Assembly: GCF_011386835.1 (NCBI RefSeq)
Contig: NC_088808.1
Span: 16,926,001-16,990,000, forward strand
DNA from: Chrysemys picta bellii
Lineage: Eukaryota
Length of the DNA: 64,000 bases
Direction of reading: 5' to 3'
Shown here: piece by piece, positions 23,681 through 43,118 of the stretch
Numbering within the stretch: the first letter of the stretch is position 1
Layout: the number at the start of each line of letters is the position of its first letter
Notes under the pieces: model-generated
The model's database searches: none
Told to the model about the DNA's origin: nothing
What the model saw: only the letters and a program-made list of their open reading frames with translations
Translations under genes and position numbers: made by a program

Positions 23681-24559
23681 TCCATTCACAACTTTCCCTG
23701 GCTGCCTTATGCTGCCTCACTGAGACATTTCAGGTCATTCTTGCTCTACAGGTGCTGGGCTTTTTTCTTTTTTTAGTAAATATGTACATTACGCTTCAAC
23801 TGTTCTCCTGCGGGGGTGGGGTGAGAGGGAAAGCGGGAGAGGAACACTTCCCTGTCAACATAGACCCAGGATTTACTACAAGCTTTCCAGGGTAAAATAT
23901 ACCAGGCTTTGCTTTTACTGCCACTGTACTGAACAAGTATAGGGAAAAAATGCAAATGTGCATGCAAATAAGAGATCAGCTGATCTCCTTGTAGTGTCTA
24001 ACGTTGAACACTTTCCCGTGTTCTCTAGCACAAGGCCGGTTATTAGCCCTTGGGAAGTGGGGAGGGAGTAGGCCTGGGTACTAAAGATAACAGATGCATT
24101 GCAAGGGAATTTCATATGATTAAATTTCAGCATTTTATGTTTGTTTCTAACGCATGCATTTCAACAGCCTCATAGTGTTTGTTTCAGAGACAGCGTGTAA
24201 CCCTTTCCCACTCAGCACTTCTGCTATGCCATTGCTTTGACTGTCATTTGTCAGCTAAAAAGCCAAATCATCATGCAGCGCTGTTAAAGAAATTTCATGT
24301 ACATTAAAGAGCTTCACCCCACATCAGATCAAGGCTCCCTCTCTGCCATTATTCATAATGTCTTTCACGTCGTTTTGTTGTTATTATCATCATTAGCGTT
24401 TGTATTGTGGCAGCACCTAGGAGTCCCGTCATGGAATAGGACCCCATTGTGCTAGGCACTGTAGAGACACAGAACAGAAAGCCAGCCCCTGGCCCAAAGA
24501 AATGTTTTCCTGCCAGCTCTCCCACTTCATTGTACATTCAAAAGAATAGAATCAGAGAT

Positions 24560-24770
24560 GCAGCATTGTTTAGTGGCTAGAGCTGGGGAGTAGGAGTTCT
24601 GCGGTCAGTTCCTGACTTTGCCACTGACTCACTGTGTGGCCTTGGGCAAATCATTTAACCTCAACGTTCTCCCTCTGTAAAATAAAGATAACAATATTTC
24701 TTTGCCTTGGGGGGGCGGGGTTGAGGAAGGGGCTTATAAACCTTAAATCTATATTAAAGCACTTTGAGAT
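24560..24770 (+). mobile_element. CORE-SINE (MIR-like)
   Basis: TTGGGCAAATCATTTAACCTC...CTGTAAAA core; similar copies near 27000, 33545, 39300, 42940, 48870, 53135 and 55375. Confidence 0.6.
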
Positions 24771-25127
24771 TTGCTGTCATCTCTGCAGCCAGTGACAAAC
24801 AGTGTCTGAAAATGACATGGTGCTCCTCTTGCCCTGTCCATGGGTTTCAGTCTCCTGCCCTGGAGTTGAGGAATCCATCCCAGCTCCTAATTCCCTGCAG
24901 CCACTCCTCTTTGACTGGCTAGGGATAGGGGGAGCAGAATCTTTCAACCGAATGCTCTGTCTCAGTATAGTTTGCTCATCCATAAACATGACATATGGGT
25001 TTTATTTCTAGTCATCAAAGCACCAGGAGCTGGGGGGTAGTAAAGTGGGGAGTGATAGAAAACATTTCTGTCCCTCACCATTATTTATCCCATCCTTCAG
25101 TGTTTCTGCCCAGGAAGTGCCTGGAAA

Positions 25128-32369
<7,242 letters not shown>

Positions 32370-32527
32370 GAGCACACCCCCAGCTCTGTCCTGGAGCCCC
32401 CACTCCCAGCCACATGGAATCCCACCAGTATTCTGGCCTCGTTTCTCCCTCTGCTTGGCTTGGGGCACCCACTTTGTTAAATGCTTATCTCTGCCCGGAT
32501 TCCCTGTGGGACTGGCACAGCAACGTC

Positions 32528-32674
32528 ATCTTCCCTGCATCCGACGAAGTGGGCATTCACCCACGAAAGCTTATGCTCCAATACATCTGTTAGTCTTAAA
32601 GGTGCCACAGGACTCTCTCTTGCTTTTTACAGATCCAGACTAACACGGCTATCCCTCTGATACTATCTTCCCTG
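32528..32674 (+). mobile_element. Penelope-like terminus in the predicted GFI1B 3'UTR
   Basis: TSD ATCTTCCCTG at 32528-37 and 32665-74; same family as 13592 and 47035. Confidence 0.8.
32537..32576 (+). ncRNA. Minimal type I hammerhead ribozyme fold (Penelope type, variant core)
   Basis: GCAU-CCGACGA-A-GUGGG-CAUUCA-CCCAC-GAAA-GC-UU-AUGC; stems I and II fully paired, palindromic AGCU stem III; U4 is C. Confidence 0.65.
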
Positions 32675-33334
32675 GTGTTACCCCACATCCCCCTGTGCGT
32701 GACCAAGAATGGCACTGCCGGGATCACTCACTGTCTGGTTTTATCACAGGCATTGGGCCAGGCTCTGATCTCAGTTACTCCAGTGTAAATCCCCTGGAGT
32801 TGTCATTACTCTGGATTTACAATGAGTGCAGGATCGGGCTAATCTCATCCCCTGGCGACACAGAGGGACTCCTGGGTTGATGACACCAACTGACTAGCGA
32901 TCTGTGCCAGGCTCCCTAATCACGCTCTACTTCGATGGTTAGGAAGATAAGGCCTGGGCATGCAAATAATTTGCATTCAATGAGCTCCGCTCAGCTAAGA
33001 CAGGGTTCCCATAGAGGGCATAAATTTGGGGCACATACACCTAGACTCACATTCTTTCAACAGGAGTCTTTTTGTTATCAGGTGAAAAATATGTAGCACT
33101 GCACGTTTATCTTACAATAGAGTTGGAGGGCAGGGCAGTAAAAAATCAGACCCTACATGCCCATATTAGTACCACCTGGCTACCTACGTGGACTTCTGAG
33201 CTACGTGGTATTCAGGACCACGGGGAATTTTGTTTCCCTGTCACTCTTATAAAAGAAGAAGCTGATCTATCCATCTTGCACCCATCACATTAGTATGTGA
33301 GTACCCTACAAGTATTAGCAAGGCAAAGTAGCAA

Positions 33335-33526
33335 TACACCTCTACTCCGATATAACGTGACCTGATATAACATGAATTCGGATAGAACGCGGTAAAGCAG
33401 TGCTCCGGGGGGGCGGGGCTGCACACTCCGGCGGATCAAAGCAAGTTCGATATAACGCGGTTTCACCTATAACACAGTAAGATTTTTTGGCTCCCGAGGA
33501 CAGCATTATATCGGGGTAGAGGTGTA
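33335..33526. mobile_element. Tc1/mariner (Tigger-like) MITE
   Basis: TIR CACCTCTACTCCGATATAA / TTATATCGGGGTAGAGGTG flanked by TA. Confidence 0.85.
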
Positions 33527-34223
33527 TTTCCTTCTCTCTCTGGTCAAGCGGTTAAAGCACAGGGCTGAGAACAAGAGCCATGGGTTCTCTCCTTGGTGCT
33601 GCTACATCCTGACTATGTGACCTTAGGCAGGGCACTTCCCCTCCCTCTGACTCAGTTTCCCCATCTGTAAAATGGAGATGATACTTCACCTCACTGGGGT
33701 GTCATAAAGATTAATGTACCAGGTTTGTCAAGTGCTTCGAGATCCTCAGCTGGAAGACACTAGAGAAGGGCAAAGTGCTATGTTAGGGAGAGAAGTGCCT
33801 TTAAATGAGAGGGGCAATGAAGCCCCAACCAAGTCAGCCTCGGACACTGTGTCCAACAGTGACATCACTGTGTTTAGCCTGTCGCTGGGATGCAGCATCG
33901 GTTCCTTTGTCCCTCTCTTTACCCCAGCACTGATGAATGAAACAAAAGCCCTGCAGTGACTCTCCTACAGATAGGAAAGACATGATGCAAGTGGAGAATT
34001 CATTTACTGCCAGGAGGAAAAGGGCCAAATCCTGCTCTCAGTTACCCCAGTGTAAATCCAAATGGCTCTGGCCCAGGATGTGAAGCATAAATGCCTCCGT
34101 GTTTGTGCTGGCTCTAGGCTACTTTCCACTAACATGCAATCTAGTGACTCAAAACACTCTCCCCTCCTTTGCGTGTACATTTACATATGTATTTATACTT
34201 ATTGTAATGTATATTTTTACTGT

Positions 34224-34229
34224 AATAAA
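34224..34229 (+). terminator. GFI1B: Probable GFI1B poly(A) signal
   Basis: First AATAAA I found after the stop codon, preceded by a UA-rich tract. Confidence 0.5.
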
Positions 34230-34463
34230 CCAGACTGTAACAACCTGTACAGGCCTGTTAGATTTCCCAGATAAACGCTATGTTTCTTCTCAGGTAGAGG
34301 TAGACTATCACAACGCTCTGTGAACTAAAGACACCCATTTCAAGAAAGGTTTGGCCATGCCCAGCTCTGGATTTGCAATAGCCTGTCTGATTTACTAGTC
34401 TCTCTCTTAAATATCACAGGGGCCTAGTCCACACCATGGACTGAAGTGTCACTTAGGGGGGAA

Positions 34464-34793
34464 ATTCATAGATTCTAGGACTGGAAGGGACCTCGAGAGG
34501 TCATCGAGACCAGTCCCCTGCCCGCATGGCAGGACCAAATACTGTCTAGACCATCCCGGATAGACATTTATCTAACCTACTCTTAAATATCTCCAGAGAT
34601 GGAGATTCCACAACCTCCCTAGGCAGTTTATTCCAGTGTTTAACCACCCTGACAGTTAGGAACTTTTTCCTAATGTCCAACCTAGACCTCCCTTGCTGTA
34701 GTTTAATCCCATTGCTTCTTGTTCTATCCTTAGAGGCTAAGGTGAACAAGTTTTCTCCCTCCTCCTTAGGACACCCTTTTAGGTACCTGAAAA
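34464..34793 (-). mobile_element. CR1 LINE 3' fragment (ORF2 C-terminus plus tail)
   Basis: RTRSNGIKLQQGRSRLDIRKKFLTVRVVKHWNKLPREVVESPSLEIFKSRLD; tail CTAGAATCTATGAAT. Confidence 0.92.
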
Positions 34794-37700
34794 GTATAAG
34801 TGTGCCTTAGCCAGCATAACCTAGTGGCTAAGACACACTCAGCTGCTACAGAGCGTCCTCTACTCAGAGCCCACACGCAGACCAGCAAAGAACGCTTGGG
34901 TCAGGTTTTGGTCCTGTTCACAGCGTGATACATACAGAGAGCCACATATCGGCAGAGTACAGTTACCATCAGCAGGTAATACACTGAGAGAGACTCGTCA
35001 ACTCTTTTAATAGATCACAGCTCAAGTTAGGATCCAGGTCAATGGCAGGGCTTCAAAGGTTGGGTATAAACAAGTGGGGGGAAATGGGGCTGAGGAATCA
35101 CTCTCAGGATTACGAATGGGACGCACACAAACTCACACATACACAGGGACACACAGCGCGTGCACTCCCCCGCCCCCGCCTCTCTGCAGGGTAAAAAGTC
35201 ATTTTAATATTACTAGAAGTGCTGCCAAGAATCCAAATATTGATTGTGATTTGTTTGTTTATTTTGCACCCCTAAAATCAATAAAAAAATATGTAACGAG
35301 TTCCCAGGTATCTGAACCTCTCAACTGCTTCCCACTCCCAACTTCCCGTCCTTATGCTCTGTGGCAGCAGGTGTTTAGGACTGAGTTACGGGCAGAGCTG
35401 GTCACTGCAATGCTGGCGTGGCCTGAATAGAAGCTACACCAAGAGCACCTGTAAAACCACTCATAAAAACAAATCAGACAGCTGGTTCTTCCAAGCGCTA
35501 GCAAACAACAGCTGCTGTGTCTGGGACATTTCCATTGTTATCACTGATTTCCATGGGATGGCAGAGTCGCTGCTTGGGGGAGGGGGCCGGTATCTCCTCT
35601 CCTGAATCCCTGCCTCTGCAGACAACTTCTTTCCTTCGAACCAAAGAGCCACTCACCCGCTTCAGTCATTTCTTTTGCCTTGTACCCTAGGGTACATGGT
35701 GACGGCAGGAGCCCTGGGATCACTGAGCTGACTGGATAACTGAAGAGTTGTTAGACTGGAGTAAGCAATGGCAGCCCTACATTTATGCTAATTATGTGGT
35801 CACATGAGCCCTGTATATCTTAGAGTCTCATATCATACAAGGCTGACTTAGGCACAGGCTGGACAGGCAGCCTCTAGAGAAACACCTTTTAGGGGTACTA
35901 TGACACTCAGGGGTTCCACTACTGAAAGCAGCAATGTGGCCAGAAGATTCCACTTCTGTTCCTTTACTCACTGCAGAAAGATGCACTGAGAGCTCAGCTG
36001 CAGATCAAATGCAACAGGAGAAGGGTCCGCCTCACCCAGAAGCCTCCCCATGCCCAGAAGTCTCGGAGCACATCTCTAGGAGCATGGGTGGTGGAATGAG
36101 GCCAGCTGGCAGAAACGGAAGGGAAGAAATGGAAGGTGACCTGGGAAAGGGGGAGGAGATAGAACTTGTTGGGTTGGGGGCTGAGATACCACAGCTATTC
36201 TTCACCTAGGGTAACAGTATACCTGGGGTAGGGCCAGGCACTGCTCCCTGTCGCCAAACAGTAGACAGCTCTAATGACACTGACCATTTCCTCCGTATCC
36301 TGCATTCCCTGATTCCTGTTCGGCCTCCATTCCATGCAATGAGTGCAGGGGACCTTTTCCAAACTGGTTCCCATCCCCGCTTTGCGTGTTGTGCTCCTGG
36401 CTTCTACACTTCCCTAAAGCCTTTGTTCTTGGGTGGAGGCCAAGGAGGTTTCATAGGTATGTGGAGTTTGAGGGGAGAGCTTAATCACAGGCCTGGAGGA
36501 AACTGGGCAGAGCCCTGCAGGTCTTTCCTCACAAGATCCCTGAGAATCTAGGCTCATCCCTGTGAGAAGGGGTCTGAGAGGCCCCAGACTGGGGTCAACA
36601 TGTAAGTTGCTCTTATCTCATAACATGGCTCCTCTTGAGGAAGGGATCCAGTTACCCAACCAGGTCTCCAAACTGCATGGGGTTATGAGATCAGGGGGAC
36701 GGGGGTGGGGAATCTTGAGTCACAGCTACAACGAAATAACCAGCGTTCTAAGCACAGCCGTGCGTTTCAGGCCAACCCACCGGGCTTCACAGCACATCCA
36801 AGACCTGAGTGTGGGGCATAGCCCTACGCACCCTGTCACGTTACACTGCTTGTTCAGAAGTCACAGTTCTGTTGTCCTCGTCTTTCCCATCACAAAAAGG
36901 CTCCTCTGTCCAGTGGGAGCCCTGTTACACTTCCCACACACCTGAGCTGACTATGTCAGTGCACTCTACAGAGCTTTTTGCATTTCATTTCCCTGGGGTT
37001 TTTTTGAAAGGGAAAGGAGGAAAAAAAGCAAAAGGGCCATAGCTGCAGCACTATGGAGCTAAGTGATTCTCCTTTGCACAATTCCACACTTTAATCTGCA
37101 CGCCTGAAACTTTTGAAATTCACCTGAAGGAGGGAGGGAGGGAGGGAGGAAGGAAGCAGTTGTGCCTACACACACACCACACTGCACAGGGCTGGTGGAA
37201 GAGCCTTCAGGTCAGAATTCTGGAGGGAGACCGGTCAGCAGAGAACAGATCATGGGCAAAAGACAGGGAGGAGGCCTGTAGGCGGAATACAGCCTCTTTC
37301 GAGAAGTCAGTTAGCCTATGGGCTAGGCTTTGTTGTAAAGGGCTTCCCTTTGGCTCATGCTTAATCCAAACCTGGGAGTGCTGAGCTGACTTAGCGAGTA
37401 GTTGGTGATGCTGAGTACCCTACAGGATCCGGCCACTTGTGTCATCAGATTCGGACACACTTGCCCCCTTGTTCCCCAAACATGCAAATCCTTCCCAATT
37501 TTGACGGCTCTGAACATAGCCCCCTTCCCACCATCTATCCCAGCATCAAAACATTCTGGGCAGTCAATCAAGAAACCAGATAACAAAACAAAAAAATCTC
37601 AACTAATCTTTGTGGCTGAAGAAAGAGCTGATTGTTTTTGCTCCTCACTGAGCCCTTCCTCCCTCCCTCCCACGTCTCTCCCCCAACACCTTAATTCCTT

Positions 37701-38143
37701 TATTGGAGGAAAAAATCTTGGTATTTGGACTGTTTTGTTTAGCAAATGAGGGCCATGCAAAGTGATCCCCCCAGGCAGCTGCCAGAAGGAGAGAGGGGTG
37801 TGTGTATGCTCCCAGCAGCCTTCAGGCATAGAGGGCTCCACCCCAGCAACATGCTATTGATCATGGATCTATCTGGACATAGCCTGGACCCGGAATGATC
37901 AAAACTGGGAAGAGCTGGGGGGAGGGGAAGGGGAGAGGAATGCTCTCCCAGGGGAGTGCCAGCAAAAAAAAAAAAAAGCTTTAGTAAGTGGGGTTGGAGG
38001 GTGTTGATGAGAACCAAAATCTGTGCCGATTTCAGGACAGCAGCTCTGTTCAGGACAGCAGATTAGTGTTGCTATGAATAGAAAGAGACTTGCTTAAGTC
38101 CTCTCCTGAATCAGAGCCTCTTGAAAGACTATGGGGAGGCCTA

Positions 38144-38435
38144 GGCCAGGTCTACATTACAGACCTATATCGGTGTAACTACGTCCCTCAGGGGTGTAAA
38201 AATCCACATACCCTGAGCAAGGTAGTTATACTGACCTAACCCCCCCGTGTAGACAATGCTATGTTGAGGGGAGAGCTTCTCCTGTCGACATAGCTACCGC
38301 CTCTCGCAGAGGTGGATTAACTACGCTGAGGAGAGACGCTTTCCTGTCAGCGTAGGAGCATCTTCACTTAAGTGCTACAGCAGCGCAGCTGCACTCATGC
38401 AGCTGTACCGATGCAGTATTTTACGTGTAAAAAAG
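38144..38435. mobile_element. PIF/Harbinger-type MITE
   Basis: GGCCAGGTCTACA start, internal GTGTAGAC motifs; right end degenerate. Confidence 0.55.
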
Positions 38436-38982
38436 CTGCCCCATGTCTTTAACCTGATTTATGCTAACTCAGGTGAAAACTACAAGATGCCTTATCTCTA
38501 CTAGGATTTTACTCGTATTGGTTATCACATGTTCTAGCACCATCTGTTCTCCTAGTGCAGGTGAGGCCTCTGAGTAGCAGACAGACACTCACTAAGCAAA
38601 ATGGCTGCTTCTGGGGCAGGGCAGGGCAGGGCAGAAGCAAGCCACACACTCTTCAGAAACAGCCTAAGCATGTCCAGCAAGCGCAGCTTTCAGAGGAGTT
38701 TGTTTGCCAAGTGCTGTCGTCTCCCTTCTGAACTGTGGTTAGGAGAAAGTGTTTTCATTGAAAGGGAAAACAAATAAGCCCAATTTCCCAGCCCCTATCC
38801 CTACCTCTCTGCAAGTGCTGCATCCCTTGGGAGCATCTCTCAGCTCTGGGGATCAGCATGTCACCGCTCTACCCTCTAAGCAGAGGACACAAATGGAAGC
38901 CTCAGGACATTAGTCAGTCTCACAATACAGCTGCAGAAACATGTTCTCCGTTACTTTAATAAAGATTCCTTCCTATTATTAA

Positions 38983-39251
38983 GGCCTTGACTACAGAGGG
39001 GAAGTTGACCAGCATATCTGTGAATAAACTATTCCAGAAAAGCTATTCAGGTATAATTTAGCTATTCCACAATAGCTCCACATATGGACACTCTATTCCA
39101 AAATAAGAGTGTCTTTCATTCAGAAATAATTACTCCACTCACAGAGTAATTACTTTTATTCTGGAACAGATTCCACAAGGGAGAATTATTGTGGAATAGT
39201 TAAATTATACCAGAATAGCTATGATGGTCAATTTACTGTGTAGACAAGGCC
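38983..39251. mobile_element. PIF/Harbinger-type MITE
   Basis: GGCCTTGACTACA / TGTAGACAAGGCC ends with TAA / TGA flanks. Confidence 0.6.
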
Positions 39252-39567
39252 TGAGACCACAGCAGAGTTACTGAACAAGGGCACTCTAACATCTCATGAG
39301 TCAGTGTATTCAGAAAGATTGGTCTTGTGCCCAGGCTGGGGCTCAGGAGTTCTGGCACTGATTTCCTATGTGTCCTTGGGCAAATCACTTAGTTCACATT
39401 TTCATAATTGCTCAGCACCCACATTTTAAAACCTGTCCCTTAATCCTTGAGCCTCAGTTCTCCATCTGTAAAATGGAGAGAATACTTCCTTTCTCCGATC
39501 TTTTGTCTGCTCTATCTACTTAGATTGTAAGATCTTCAGGGCAGACACTGACTCTCATTATTTATAT

Positions 39568-39841
39568 CAGTGGTCCCCAACCTTTTTCGTCTGGCGGGTG
39601 CCAGACGACGAGCCACCGCGGACCGTGGCCGGTGGACGAGCATCCACCGAAATGCCGCCGAGAAGCATCGCCGACAAGCAGCGTCATCCAGTTTTCGGCA
39701 GCATTTTGGCGGTGATGCCTCTGGATGACGCTGCTTGTCGGCGGCATTTCGACAGATGCGCGTCCGCCGGCCAGTATGCGGGCGCACATAGATGCCCCAG
39801 TGGGCGCCATGGCGCCCCAGGCACCACGTTGGGGACCACTG
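39568..39841. mobile_element. Young hAT MITE nested in an older SINE
   Basis: Perfect TIR CAGTGGTCCCCAAC / GTTGGGGACCACTG; perfect TSD ATTTATAT; CpG-rich. Confidence 0.92.
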
Positions 39842-40074
39842 ATTTATATAAAAGCGCCCCACACAATGAGTCTCTGATCTCAGTTGTGCCCTCTAGGCAT
39901 TACTGGAATACAAATAGTTAATTAGAAAAATAACTCTGCAAAGCAATCTAATTCCAGAACAATCAGAGGATGAAAGAGAATATCATCCTAAACAGACACA
40001 CAAATCCCAGCACTATAATAACCCCCCAACACACCCAAGAGACAGGAAGAATAAAGAGAAAGGACAAACCAGAC

Positions 40075-40385
40075 CAGGGGTCGGCAACCTTTCAGAAGTG
40101 GTGTGCCGAGTCTTCATTTATTCACTCTGATTTAAGGTTTCGCATGCCAGTAATACATTTTAATGTTTTTAGAAGGTCTCTTTCTATAAGTCTATAATAG
40201 ATAACTAAACTATTGTTGTATGTAAAGTAAATTAGGTTTTTAAAATGTTTAAGAAGCTTCATTTAAAATTAAATTAAAATGCAGAGCCCCCCGGACCGGT
40301 GGTCGGGACCCGGGCAGTGTGAGTGCCACTGAAAATCAGCACATGTGCCGCCTGCGGCACGCGTACCATAGGTTGCCTACCCCTG
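40075..40385. mobile_element. Young hAT MITE
   Basis: TIR CAGGGGTCGGCAACCT / AGGTTGCCTACCCCTG; perfect TSD AACCAGAC. Confidence 0.92.
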
Positions 40386-40689
40386 AACCAGACCATCAAC
40401 GGTATGTGCAACTGTGAATAACATCCCAAGGACAGATACCAAGCTGGACATTAAACCTAAGAATCATCCTGCCACAGTCTGGTTTCACTGACGATTTCAT
40501 TTTCAAGGAGCAGTTTAAAGGCAAATATCTGCTATTCTGGCCCTGAGGCTGGTTTTGAACTGGTGACCTAGAAGCATTCATCTTGCCAATCAGGAAGGGC
40601 AAGAGAGCAAGAGAAGCAAGCATAGGGAGAGCGGGAGTGGGGAAATCTGAGGCTGGGGAGGAGCTTAGCATGCATCGAGCTCAGCTTTT

Positions 40690-40935
40690 GTCTGATAAGT
40701 TTATCAAGCACTGCCGGCTGCTAACTGTCAGCCAGCAAAGCGGGCCTGTTAGGGAGGAGGAACAGCTCCTGGTGTGAGATAGGACAGCCCATGCCTTATC
40801 AGAGCGTCTGAACGAAAGAGAGCTGGAGAAAGAGCGTGCTTTCCAACCACTTCATCTGAACAACAGACAGATTGGCAGGAAAAGACTGTCAAGCCCAAAC
40901 AGGCCTCAACAGACAGACCTATTCCATGCAAATAA
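40690..40935. promoter_or_regulatory. Candidate GFI1B downstream enhancer (4 GATA sites + octamer)
   Basis: TGATAA-GT-TTATCA 40693-40706, AGATAG 40777, TTATCA 40796, ATGCAAAT 40926. Confidence 0.5.
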
Positions 40936-43118
40936 CTATGTTAAATGCAACAGGAAAGTTGCAAATTTGAGCATGAAATCTCCAGGAAATGCAAAGGTTA
41001 AGGCTCTAACAGGAGCCTTGCCAGCAGTGTACATTCAGATTTCCAGCATATAGCCCAGCCAGTTATTGAGCACACTACTTATGCAATGTGGCTGAGAAAA
41101 CATTTGTTTTGGGACATTAGCTTTCCTGCCATTTTGTGGGTCAAATCTGAGACTTCAATGCAGCATTAATGTGGGGTTTTGCGTATAATTTCCTTGGGAG
41201 GTGGGGAGGGACTTATAAAAGAAGAAAATAAGGGAGGGGAATCAGAGAGAAACAAAAAGCCCCCAGCTGAGCAATTGGGCCAGATACCCCTTTACACCAC
41301 TGTAGCAGTATAAAGGCGCCTGAGTTTAGGAGTAGATGGCACCTATAGCCAGCAAAGCCAAAGGCCCAATAAGCAATTACATTGCCACTCATTTTACACT
41401 CCCAGCACAGTGTAAAGAGGGCTGAGTGAATGCAAAATCTGGCCCATTGTGGGGTTTGTATTGAACAGAAGTAATAATATGTGCCACACACAGATAAGCA
41501 CCATTGTGGCCCCTTTGATGGTGGCAGCCTCAGCAGAGAGGCCATGGACTGAAAGAACTATTATAACCCCTCCTCACCTCCTTCGGGGTGCTGTACAGCA
41601 CTGGGGCAAGCACCTAGAAGAAGCACTCCCATTTTGGGGGACTGGAGTACAGAGGATGGATCACTCTATTTTATTCTGTTCACTCCCTCTGACGCATCTA
41701 CTGTTGGAAGAGAGGATACTGGGCTGCATTGACCGTTGGTCTGACCAAGTATGGCCATTCTTATGTTCTTATATATTTCTGCCAGGATTGTGATTGTGAC
41801 AGAGCCTTGCATACCTGCAGGCCCTCACCCTGCATCAGAACCAGCCATGCTCTGGCTCTTAAGCTGCATTCAAACTGATGATCTCGGGCTTGTCCAGACT
41901 CCACTAGAAAGTTTTACTGGCAATAGTTCTGCAGGCGTAGTGCTGCCAGCATAATGCTACTTATAAAACTTTTTTGGCAAAGTGCAGTCACACTCGGTTG
42001 CTTCTGTCCATGCACCGCGTCCACGCAGCATGAGATTGTATCAGCAAAAGAAGTGTTGCACCATGAATGTATCACGATCAGTGAAACTGGAGTCTGAGGG
42101 CCTATGTTTCCTGGAGGGACTGACTGGAATGGAATGGGTTAGGTTAGACTGGAAGCACCTCAGTCACATGGACAGAGCAGTGCACAGGGTTTAATAAAGT
42201 TCCATTTGTTCAACTTAACCTGCATTCAGCTTCACTCTTTGCTAATGAAACAGTGGGTAGGCATCCCAGTGTCCTCTGTGCCACCATCTGCCATGCGGCT
42301 GCCACTTTGGGGGAAGGATACCCTCACTCCTCTCGGGGAACTAAGAGACTTTGGGATCAAATTCCCACAGCCCTCTTTATTCCATCCCATAATCTACTGC
42401 TCTCCAGCCCGTTACCAGCCCCCTGCACTGTCCAATCCCTTCATGCCTCTAGAAGGCTGAGGCTGGTTCTAAAGCACCTCAGATCCATTCCCAACTTCTG
42501 TCAATGCCCTTCTGAGTTTCAAAGGCTTCATCAATGAAAATGACAAAAAACAAACAAATAAACAACCCCCCCCCCCCCCTTGGTTTGGCTCCCTACTGGA
42601 TCATTTAAAAACAGGACTTATCTCGCTTCCCAGGTCCTTCTATATTAGGAACTTTAACAGGATTTTTGGCAGTGGCGAAGCCTGCTGGTTTCTTCCCTTT
42701 ATAAAATAGAAGCTATCTTTTGCCTCACATGGGGACTAGGAAGTCAAGAGACTGGAGCATACTATTCCTGAAGGGGCCACATCCTGAAAGGCGGGGGGCC
42801 TGGTGAGTCAGCATGTCAATCATCCTCTGCTGCAGCCGGCCATTTATTTTGATCCAGCCTGACTGCAAGTCAGTCAGGTTCAAGAGCTGCCATTCAATAA
42901 CCCTTGAAAGCGGGAGTTACAAGAACTTCAGCTGCATTCAGAGGCAGTACAGCCTAGTCCACAGAGCACAGGCCCGGCACTCAAGAAACATAGGTTCTAT
43001 TCCTGGCTCTACCATTGGCCTCCTGAGTGACCTTGGGCAAATCACTTCCCCACTGTGCCTCAGTTTCCCCATCTGTAAAATCAGGACAATGATACTCCTT
43101 TGTAGAGTGCTCTGAGAT

